Of a stretch of DNA of 64,000 nt, positions 56,671-64,000 are shown piece after piece. The stretch lies in NCBI GenBank assembly GCA_038824665.1, contig JAWBBK010000001.1, positions 256,001-320,000 of the forward strand, written 5' to 3'. The stretch's first letter is position 1, and every line of letters starts with the position of its first letter. This stretch comes from Acidilobaceae archaeon (GTDB taxonomy: Archaea > Thermoproteota > Thermoprotei_A > Sulfolobales > Acidilobaceae). The notes below the pieces were generated by a model that worked only from the letters and a program-made list of their open reading frames with translations, was not told the DNA's origin and ran no database searches. Both the position numbers and the translations under genes were made by a program.

Positions 56671-58175
56671 AGGTACTAGTAGTAGGTTCAGGAGCTAGAG
56701 AACACGCCATAACGAAGCTTTTAAGAGCAAGTGAAAGAGAGCCTCGAATTTATATCGCTATGGACTATGTGAACCCTGGGCTTAAGAGAGAAGCGGAGAG
56801 TTCTGGAGGCTCGTGGTTCAAAGTCAGCACTACGAACCCTGACGCAGTAGTTAAGGTAGCTGAGTCCGTTAATCCTGACCTTATAGTAATAGGGCCAGAG
56901 GAGCCTCAGTTCGCTGGAGTAGCGGATAAAGCGAGGGAGAGAGGATTTACAGTCTTCGGAGCTAGCTCAGCTTGTGCAGAGATAGAGAAGAGCAAAGTGT
57001 ATGCAAGAAGCTTAATGTGGAAATACGGTATACCCGGCAGGTTGTTCTTTAGAGCTTTCCGAGATCCTAAGGAGGTAGCTAAGTTCATTAAGTACGCAGG
57101 CGATGTAGTGGTCAAACCAGCAAGACAAGCTGGAGGCAAAGGCGTTAAAGTGTTGAGAGACACTAAAGCCTATTTGAGTTCTAAGAAAAGCGAGGTCAAG
57201 AGGACCTACATAGATAAGCTTTACGCTACTATGTCTTCCTATACCGACATAGAGTACAAGATCTTGGTAGAACAGAGAGTAGAGGGTGTAGAGTACACAG
57301 CTCAAGTGATCACAGACGGAGAGACGATACTGCCTTTACCGCTAGCTCAAGACAATCCACATGCTTACGAATACGACTTAGGTCCTGAGACCGGCGGCAT
57401 GGGTAGCATAATGGGACCAGGCTACTTGATACCTATGATCTTGGAGGACGAGTTTAAGATTACTCTTGACATAATAGAGAAATCGTTAAGAGCTTTACAA
57501 TTAGAGACTAAAGAAGCCTATATCGGAGCTCTGGCTGGGCAGATGATGCTCACAGGGCTTTGGGGACCTACTGTAATAGAGTTTTACAGCAGGTTTGGTG
57601 ACCCAGAGATAACGAATTTGATACCTCTTCTAGACTCGGACTTCTTAGAAGTGCTTGAGAGAGCGGCTACTAGAAGGCTTGCTGGAGCCAAGCTTAAGAT
57701 AAAAGAGAACGTGGTCAGCATATCGAAAGCCATAGCGCCAGCAGGCTATCCTGACGATAGAGTAGCAGCTAGCGGACATCCTGTCTTCGTAGACGAAAAG
57801 GCTATATCGGAGCTCGGTTGTCATACGCTTTACTCTAGCGTTGAAGAAGTAGCTGGAACTCTCTACACTAAAGGCTCTAGAGTTGTCGAGATAGTGTGTA
57901 GCGACGATAGCTATGAGAAAGCCTATCGCAAATCTGAGAAAGCGGTCTTAAACGTGTTCAGCTTAGATGGTTGGCCTCTCTTTCACAGAAGCGACATCGG
58001 GTCGCCTTATCTCATAGAAGAGAGAACAAAGCTTGCAGAAAGGGTCAGAAGAGTCTATATTGCAAGAGCTGCTCACGGTCTGCTCGGAAAGCAACTTGTA
58101 TGGCTTCCTGGAGAAGGAGTTGTTGAAGATCCTCTTCTTTCACCTGTGAACGTTTTGAAGAGGGGAGAGAAGTGA
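56667..58175 (+). CDS. purD: Phosphoribosylamine-glycine ligase
   Basis: MKVLVVGSGAREHA, GPEEP, EKSK, AGGKGV, GPETGGMG, RFGDPE. Confidence 0.96.
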   Translation: MKVLVVGSGAREHAITKLLRASEREPRIYIAMDYVNPGLKREAESSGGSWFKVSTTNPDAVVKVAESVNPDLIVIGPEEPQFAGVADKARERGFTVFGASSACAEIEKSKVYARSLMWKYGIPGRLFFRAFRDPKEVAKFIKYAGDVVVKPARQAGGKGVKVLRDTKAYLSSKKSEVKRTYIDKLYATMSSYTDIEYKILVEQRVEGVEYTAQVITDGETILPLPLAQDNPHAYEYDLGPETGGMGSIMGPGYLIPMILEDEFKITLDIIEKSLRALQLETKEAYIGALAGQMMLTGLWGPTVIEFYSRFGDPEITNLIPLLDSDFLEVLERAATRRLAGAKLKIKENVVSISKAIAPAGYPDDRVAASGHPVFVDEKAISELGCHTLYSSVEEVAGTLYTKGSRVVEIVCSDDSYEKAYRKSEKAVLNVFSLDGWPLFHRSDIGSPYLIEERTKLAERVRRVYIARAAHGLLGKQLVWLPGEGVVEDPLLSPVNVLKRGEK

Positions 58176-59401
58176 AGGTCTTGTCTCGAAGAGACTATCT
58201 CTCGACTCCTCTTTTTGGAGGATCTATAAAGGTCCTTTTGCTCGGTGGAGGCGAGCTCGGTAAGGAGATAGCGATAGAGGCTCAGAGACTAGGGCTCGAG
58301 GTCGTAGTAGTCGATAGATACGATTGGGCTCCAGCTATGCACGTAGCTCACAGACGATACGTTGTAGATATGATGAACCCTGAAGCTATCAAAGCTGTGA
58401 TCGAACACGAAAAGCCTGATCTGATAGTTCCTGAGATAGAAGCGATAGCTACAAGCGCGCTCGAAGAACTTGAGGAGCGAGGTTATAACGTAGTTCCTAA
58501 CGCTAGAGCCGTTAAGATCGCAATGAACAGAATAGAACTCAGAGAGTTTGCCGTCAAGACTTTAGGACTTCCGACAGCTAGATACGCTATAGCCGAGAAC
58601 GAAGAGGAAGCACATGAAGCTTGTGAGAAAGTTGGATATCCGTGTTTGCTGAAGCCTGAGATGAGCAGTAGCGGTCTAGGACATGTCAGAGTCAGCGAGC
58701 CTAAGAGAGAACTCGTAGCTCAAGCATATCGTTACGCAATAGCGCACGCTAGAGGTAAGAGCAAGAAGGTTATCGTAGAAGAGTTCTTGAAGCTTAGCGC
58801 TGAGTTCACGATTCTTGCCTACAGATACGTCTCAGAGAACGGAAGAGTAGTCACTGAAGCTTGTGAACCCGTAGAACACTGGAGATATGGACAATATCAC
58901 TACATAGAGTCTTGGCAACCTTCTGAGAGAAGTCCTAAAGTGTTAGAAGTAGCTAAGTCTATGGGATTAAAGGTAGCTGAAGGTCTAGGAGGGCTTGGGA
59001 TCTACGGAGTTGAGATCTTTCTAACGGAAGACGGTAGGATTCTGTTCAGCGAGGTTGCTCCTAGACCTCACGATACTGGAATGGTGACTATGGCTAGCCA
59101 AGACCTTAGCGAGTTCGCAATCCACATAAGAGCGTCGTTAGGTCTTCCTGTTCCAAAGCCTAAGCTACTAACCCCTGCTGCTAGCTTAGCTGTATATGCA
59201 GATAAAGACAACCTATGGGCTTACAAGCTCGCTGGAGTCTATGAAGCTCTCAACATCCCTGGAGTTGACATAAGGTTCTTCGGCAAACCTTATACATACT
59301 CAGGAAGAAGAGTAGCTGTGATCTTAGCGAGAGGTTCGAACGTACAGGAGGCTTTGGAAAAAGCTAGAAGAGCTGCCTCTGCTCTTAGGGTGGTCTCTTG
59401 A
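58172..59401 (+). CDS. purT: Formate-dependent GAR transformylase
   Basis: LGGGELGKE, APAMHVAH, PEIEAI, MSSSG.G, SEVAPRPHDTGMVT, FGKP. Confidence 0.96.
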   Translation: MKVLSRRDYLSTPLFGGSIKVLLLGGGELGKEIAIEAQRLGLEVVVVDRYDWAPAMHVAHRRYVVDMMNPEAIKAVIEHEKPDLIVPEIEAIATSALEELEERGYNVVPNARAVKIAMNRIELREFAVKTLGLPTARYAIAENEEEAHEACEKVGYPCLLKPEMSSSGLGHVRVSEPKRELVAQAYRYAIAHARGKSKKVIVEEFLKLSAEFTILAYRYVSENGRVVTEACEPVEHWRYGQYHYIESWQPSERSPKVLEVAKSMGLKVAEGLGGLGIYGVEIFLTEDGRILFSEVAPRPHDTGMVTMASQDLSEFAIHIRASLGLPVPKPKLLTPAASLAVYADKDNLWAYKLAGVYEALNIPGVDIRFFGKPYTYSGRRVAVILARGSNVQEALEKARRAASALRVVS

Positions 59402-60417
59402 GCGAAGAGAGTTGGTCCTACGCTAAGGCAGGAGTAGACATAGCTAAACAGAGACGTCTACATGAACGCGCTCTTTCTGCTGCCAAAACTCTTAGCAAAC
59501 GTCTTAACGTAGAGGTCGAGGGATTAGGAGGCTATTCAGCATCCGTTAAGTTAGACGCTTACAAGCTCATGTTGCATATAGACGGAGTCGGGACTAAGAC
59601 TATAGTGCTAAGAGAGCTCAAGTCTCTTTGGGTAGCGGGTTGGGATTGCGTTGCCGTTAACGTTAATGATGTAGCGTGTGAACGAGGAAGACCAATAGCT
59701 ATTGTTGACTATGTCTCAATGCCTGACACTAACGAAGAAGAGTTCTCTCAAATAATAGAGGGACTGACTAGAGCGGCAGAGAGGTCTCGAACGATTATCG
59801 TAGGCGGTGAGACAGCGATACTTCCTGACTTGGTTTCCGGTATTGACGTAGTCTGTGCAGTCTTGGCTATCAAGGAGGGAGACCTGAAGGATCCGAGCGA
59901 GGGAGACGTTCTTGTAGGAATCGAGAGCAACGGTCTTCATGCAAACGGTTATACCTTGGTGAGAAGGGTTCTTAAGAACAAAGGCTTAAGCTATAACTCT
60001 TCGATAAGCGGAGTCTACTTCAGCTCTGAACTTACAAAGCCTACAGCTATATACTCAAACATGCTCTTAGAGGCTTTTGAGAAAGGCTTGATCAAAAGAG
60101 CTGCTCATATAACTGGCGGAGGTTTTTCTAAGCTTAAAAGAGTTTTGAACTCTTCGTTTGATGCACGTATAGATGCTCCAAGACCTCCAAGCATTTTTGA
60201 AGTCATTCAGGAACTCGGCAGAATCTCTACTGAAGAGATGTATAAAGTTTTCAACATGGGGATCGGTATGATCGTCATTACCGAAAGGGAAGCTTTAGAC
60301 GACCTTATTGGGCTAGCGGAAAGACATGGACTCAAGGCGAGCTCTATAGGAGTTCTTGAAAAGGGCATAGGCAGAGTTCTCATCAAAACGTGGAGAGGGG
60401 AAAAAATTGAGATCTGA
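59398..60417 (+). CDS. purM: AIR synthetase
   Basis: [45 protein letters not shown]. Confidence 0.96.
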   Translation: MSEESWSYAKAGVDIAKQRRLHERALSAAKTLSKRLNVEVEGLGGYSASVKLDAYKLMLHIDGVGTKTIVLRELKSLWVAGWDCVAVNVNDVACERGRPIAIVDYVSMPDTNEEEFSQIIEGLTRAAERSRTIIVGGETAILPDLVSGIDVVCAVLAIKEGDLKDPSEGDVLVGIESNGLHANGYTLVRRVLKNKGLSYNSSISGVYFSSELTKPTAIYSNMLLEAFEKGLIKRAAHITGGGFSKLKRVLNSSFDARIDAPRPPSIFEVIQELGRISTEEMYKVFNMGIGMIVITEREALDDLIGLAERHGLKASSIGVLEKGIGRVLIKTWRGEKIEI

Positions 60418-61516
60418 TCTCAGCTCTAAAGACCTCCTTAGAGGTTATGATCTGCAGTCGCTCTCAATAGCCGCTATAGCTAGTCATTCAGCTCTTGACG
60501 TGTTTGACGGAGCTAAAGACGAAGGCTTCAGAACAGTAGCTATTTGTCAAAAAGGAAGAGAGAAGCCATACCTTAGATTCAAAAGAATAGTTGATGAAGC
60601 TTTAATTCTCGACAAGTTCGCAGACGTAGTGAAGTTTGAAGTAATAAACAAACTCAGGTCTCTAAACGCTTTGATAGTACCTAACAGAAGCTTCGCTGTC
60701 TATGTAGGCTATGATGCAATAGAAAACAACTTCCCTCTTCCGATATTTGGCAACAGGAGGCTCTTGAGATACGAAGAGAGGACAGGCGCAAAGAACTACT
60801 ATACGCTACTCGATAGAGCTGGGATCAGAAGGCCTAAGACTTTCTCAAGTATAGAAGAGGTCGATAGACCTGTCATAGTCAAAATGCCTCATGCAGTGAA
60901 GAGAGTCGAGAGAGGCTTCTTTATAGCTGTAGATAGAGACGATCTGAAGAAGAAGCTAAACAGACTGATCGAAAAGAACGTGGTGAGAGAAAGCGATTTG
61001 TGTAACGCTTCTATAGAAGAACTCGTGCTTGGAGCTCACTTTAACGTAAACTACTTTGTCAGCGTCGCTAGAAAAGACGTAGAGATATTGAGCATAGATA
61101 GAAGAATCCAAACAGATATAGACGGGTTTCTAAAGCTTCCAGCTCAGGTTCAGCTAGAGCTTTCTGAATACGTTGACGTAGAGATGGTCGAAATAGGACA
61201 TGAGCCTGTGACGATCAGAGAGAGCATGCTTGAAAAGCTTTTTGAAATAGGCGATAGATTCGTTATAGAATCTAAGAAAGTCGAGCCTCCAGGCGTCATA
61301 GGTCCTTTTACGCTTCAGCTCATGGTCACTAAAGACTTAGACGTTGTCGTTTTCGACGTAGCTCTTAGAATAGGAGGCGGAACCAACGCATATATGGGTA
61401 TAGGAAGTCAATATAGTAAGCTGTACTTCGGTAGACCTATCAGTATAGGTAGAAGGATCGCTATAGAGGTTCGAGAATGTATAGAACAAGCATGTCTTGA
61501 AGAGGTGACGACTTGA
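60407..61516 (+). CDS. PurP-like ATP-grasp protein (second paralog)
   Basis: [43 protein letters not shown]. Confidence 0.9.
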   Translation: MRSDLSSKDLLRGYDLQSLSIAAIASHSALDVFDGAKDEGFRTVAICQKGREKPYLRFKRIVDEALILDKFADVVKFEVINKLRSLNALIVPNRSFAVYVGYDAIENNFPLPIFGNRRLLRYEERTGAKNYYTLLDRAGIRRPKTFSSIEEVDRPVIVKMPHAVKRVERGFFIAVDRDDLKKKLNRLIEKNVVRESDLCNASIEELVLGAHFNVNYFVSVARKDVEILSIDRRIQTDIDGFLKLPAQVQLELSEYVDVEMVEIGHEPVTIRESMLEKLFEIGDRFVIESKKVEPPGVIGPFTLQLMVTKDLDVVVFDVALRIGGGTNAYMGIGSQYSKLYFGRPISIGRRIAIEVRECIEQACLEEVTT

Positions 61517-61517
61517 G

Positions 61518-62888
61518 TTGGAGGATCTAAAATTCTCTTGTGTTTTCGAGTGGAGATATGGCTCTCAAGATATGAGAGAACTCTTTACGTCGGAATCCAT
61601 GATCAAACGGTTCTTACAAGTAGAAGTGGCTCTCTTAGCTGGGCTTGAAGAAGCTGGACTCGCTGATCGAGGTTGTTCAGAGAACATAGCTAAGTGTGTT
61701 GAATCCATCACGGCTAAAGAGGTCTACGAACTCGAAACCGTAACGGGACACGATATAGCGTCGCTAGCTCAAATAGCTGGAGAAAGATGTGGTCCTTGTG
61801 GGAGGTTCTTTCACTTAGGAGCTACAAGTTACGATATTGTAGATACAGCCTGGACCTTAATCTTTAGAGATGCTCTAAGTATAGTCAAAAAGAGGCTGAT
61901 AGAGATCATTGATGTTCTCTCAGATCTAGCTTTAAGAGAAGCAGACACAATTATGGTTGGGAGAACTCACGGTCAACATGCTCTTCCGATAACTCTTGGG
62001 TTCAAACTCGCTAATTACGTCTACGAGCTTTCGAGAAGTCTAGAAAGGATAGCGGATGTTGAAAAAAGAGTGATTAAGTGCAAGATCTCAGGAGCTGTAG
62101 GCACTATGGCAGCGTGGAGAGATAAGGGTTTAGTTGTCGAAAAGACGACTTGTTCGAAGCTAGGTCTAGAGCCTCACACTATATCAACTCAAGTCGCGCC
62201 TCGCGATGGTTTTGCTGAACTCGTCTCAGCTTTAGCTATTTTGGCTAGTCAGCTCGACAGATTCGCGCTCGAAATTAGAGAGCTGTCAAGAACAGAGATC
62301 GGAGAACTCGCAGAAGGAGGAGAAAGAGTCGGTAGTAGCACTATGCCTCAGAAGAGAAATCCTGTAACGGCTGAGAGAGTCTCAGGGTTAGCTAAGATAG
62401 CTAGGTCTCTCTCTATAGCTGCTTTTGAGAACATACCTCTTATGCACGAGAGAGATCTAACGAACAGCAGTAGCGAGAGAGTTCTCTTACCTCATCTGTT
62501 TCTTATCATAGACCAAATGCTGTTAGACACGAAGAAGTTGCTCAAAACATTGGTAATAGACAGAGAGGCTATGGCTAAAAACCTAGAACTCACCAAGGGA
62601 GCAATTATGGCAGAGTCTGTAATGATGAAGCTTGTCGAGAAAGGAGTTCCGAGACATAAAGCTCACGCTATGGTGATGGAGGTCGTAAGAAAAAAGAAAG
62701 CTGATGAAAGCTTTGCCGAAGCCTTGTCTAAAGACTCTAGAATCTCGTCTCTGCTAACACACGAAGAGATAAGAGAAGCTTTAGATTATAGGTCCTACTT
62801 AGGGTCTTACAAACAGCTCATATTTAGAGCTCTAGAATACGCAAAGAAGGTAAAGGAGTCTAGTGTCGCTAGACCTTCAGAGTCCTGA
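61518..62888 (+). CDS. purB: Adenylosuccinate lyase
   Basis: [40 protein letters not shown]. Confidence 0.97.
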   Translation: MEDLKFSCVFEWRYGSQDMRELFTSESMIKRFLQVEVALLAGLEEAGLADRGCSENIAKCVESITAKEVYELETVTGHDIASLAQIAGERCGPCGRFFHLGATSYDIVDTAWTLIFRDALSIVKKRLIEIIDVLSDLALREADTIMVGRTHGQHALPITLGFKLANYVYELSRSLERIADVEKRVIKCKISGAVGTMAAWRDKGLVVEKTTCSKLGLEPHTISTQVAPRDGFAELVSALAILASQLDRFALEIRELSRTEIGELAEGGERVGSSTMPQKRNPVTAERVSGLAKIARSLSIAAFENIPLMHERDLTNSSSERVLLPHLFLIIDQMLLDTKKLLKTLVIDREAMAKNLELTKGAIMAESVMMKLVEKGVPRHKAHAMVMEVVRKKKADESFAEALSKDSRISSLLTHEEIREALDYRSYLGSYKQLIFRALEYAKKVKESSVARPSES

Positions 62889-63204
62889 AGAAACAAGATC
62901 TGTTTCCGGTATGACAAGCAGGACCGCTGGCTTCTACTAAGTAGAGAAGAGAGTCTCCATCACAGTCTACTCGTATTTCAACCACTTTCATTACGTTTCC
63001 TGAAGTTTCTCCTTTCATCCACAGTCTGTTTCTACTTCTGCTCCAAAAATGCGCTAGTCCTGTAGCCATAGTTTTCTCGAGACTTTCGCGATTGGCATAG
63101 GCTAGCATTAAGACCTCTTTTGTTTTTACGTCTTGTACTATTACCGGTACTAGACCTCCTGTTTTGTTGAAGTCTATGAGTTCTATTGCGTTCTCTAAGC
63201 TCAC
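62869..63204 (-). CDS. hisI: Phosphoribosyl-AMP cyclohydrolase
   Basis: WSRSR..LW.KGETSGN, DCDGD, ACHTG..SCF. Confidence 0.96.
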   Translation of the reverse strand: MSLENAIELIDFNKTGGLVPVIVQDVKTKEVLMLAYANRESLEKTMATGLAHFWSRSRNRLWMKGETSGNVMKVVEIRVDCDGDSLLYLVEASGPACHTGNRSCFFRTLKV

Positions 63205-63956
63205 TAAAGCCTCACCGGAATCCCGTGCTCTTTTAGATAGGCTTTTACTTCCTTTATCGTATAGACTCTGTAGTGGAAGATCGATGCTGCCAAAACGGCT
63301 GAAGCTCCAGCTCTCACAGCTTCAAGCATATCTAAAGGCGATCCTGCTCCTCCGCTAGCTACAACAGGAACGTCTACAGCTCTGCTCACGCTGGCTATGA
63401 GTTCTACATCATAGCCTGACCTAGTCCCATCGGTATCTATAGAGGTCAATAAGATCTCGCCAGCTCCTAAAGAGGCTCCTCTCACAGCCCACTCGACAGC
63501 GTCTAAAGTCGTTTCTGTTCTACCTCCTTCAATGAAGACTTTGTAACCTCTCTCAGTCCTTCTAGCGTCTATCGCAAGCACTACAGAGCTTGAGCCAAGT
63601 TCTCTCGCTAGTTCTTTTAAGAGTTCTGGGTTTCTAACAGCGGCAGTGTTTACTGCGATTTTCGAAGCGCCGGCTCTGAAAACCTCTAGAGCGTCTCTTA
63701 AGCTTTTGATCCCTCCGCCTGCAGTTATAGGAACTGATACCTCTGCTGAGATCTTAGAGACTAGCTCTTTCAGATAACTTCTCCCTTCTACGCTCGCTCC
63801 TATATCTAGCACAGCTATTTCGTCTGCTCCTTCTTTCTCGTAGATTTTCGCATATTCTACAGGGTTTCCTATGTTCGTGAGATCTACGAACTTAACTCCT
63901 TTAACCAAAACTCCTCTATAGGTGTCAAGACAAGGTATGACTCTTACGTACTTCAC
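63204..63956 (-). CDS. hisF: Imidazole glycerol phosphate synthase cyclase subunit
   Basis: [40 protein letters not shown]. Confidence 0.97.
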   Translation of the reverse strand: MKYVRVIPCLDTYRGVLVKGVKFVDLTNIGNPVEYAKIYEKEGADEIAVLDIGASVEGRSYLKELVSKISAEVSVPITAGGGIKSLRDALEVFRAGASKIAVNTAAVRNPELLKELARELGSSSVVLAIDARRTERGYKVFIEGGRTETTLDAVEWAVRGASLGAGEILLTSIDTDGTRSGYDVELIASVSRAVDVPVVASGGAGSPLDMLEAVRAGASAVLAASIFHYRVYTIKEVKAYLKEHGIPVRL

Positions 63957-64000
63957 GACCCTCCCACCTCCAAGAGTTCCTCTAAGGTAACTGTCCCTTC
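63953..64000 (-). CDS. C-terminal end of the upstream his-operon gene (probably HisA)
   Basis: ...[15 protein letters not shown] with GTGA stop/start overlap into hisF; identity inferred from gene order. Confidence 0.55.
   Translation of the reverse strand, partial: EGTVTLEELLEVGGS

Noticed and set aside
942-63358. Many 60-150 aa ORFs antisense to or nested in clear genes (e.g. 2857-3237, 12637-12972, 22092-22463, 36235-36693, 54292-54579)
   Set aside because: Ser/Leu-rich shadow frames of well-supported genes with no motifs
1-64000. CRISPR arrays, IS elements, rRNA genes, canonical ORB boxes
   Set aside because: No regularly spaced repeats, transposase motifs, rRNA-like tracts or ORB consensus seen by eye

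Overview
Gene-dense core chromosomal region of a thermophilic archaeon. Gene content (SmAP1-rpl37e, aIF2alpha-nop10, carS, egsA, two purP, purT, duplicated purF, UPF0147) points to Crenarchaeota/Thermoproteota, probably Desulfurococcales/Acidilobales. It carries about 60 protein genes: translation and RNA modification, lipid synthesis, DNA repair, a peptide ABC transporter, pdxS/pdxT, thiC, a 14.5-kb purine cluster and the end of a his operon. There are three tRNAs: Pro-CGG with a non-canonical 32/33 intron, Asp-GTC and Val-TAC. No CRISPR array, transposase or integrase was seen. Most notable: (1) two tandem PurF paralogs that both lack the glutaminase Cys1; (2) a 1288-aa RecQ helicase that appears fused to degenerate exonuclease/helicase modules, divergent from a DUF488 gene; (3) a four-gene operon led by a secreted beta-rich protein that may be a filament subunit; (4) two clear and one tentative box C/D guide RNAs absent from the ORF track; (5) several genes that seem to need CTG/ACG starts or frameshifts; (6) unannotated small ORFs with their own promoters. 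All family assignments come from motif recognition by eye; no database search was run.
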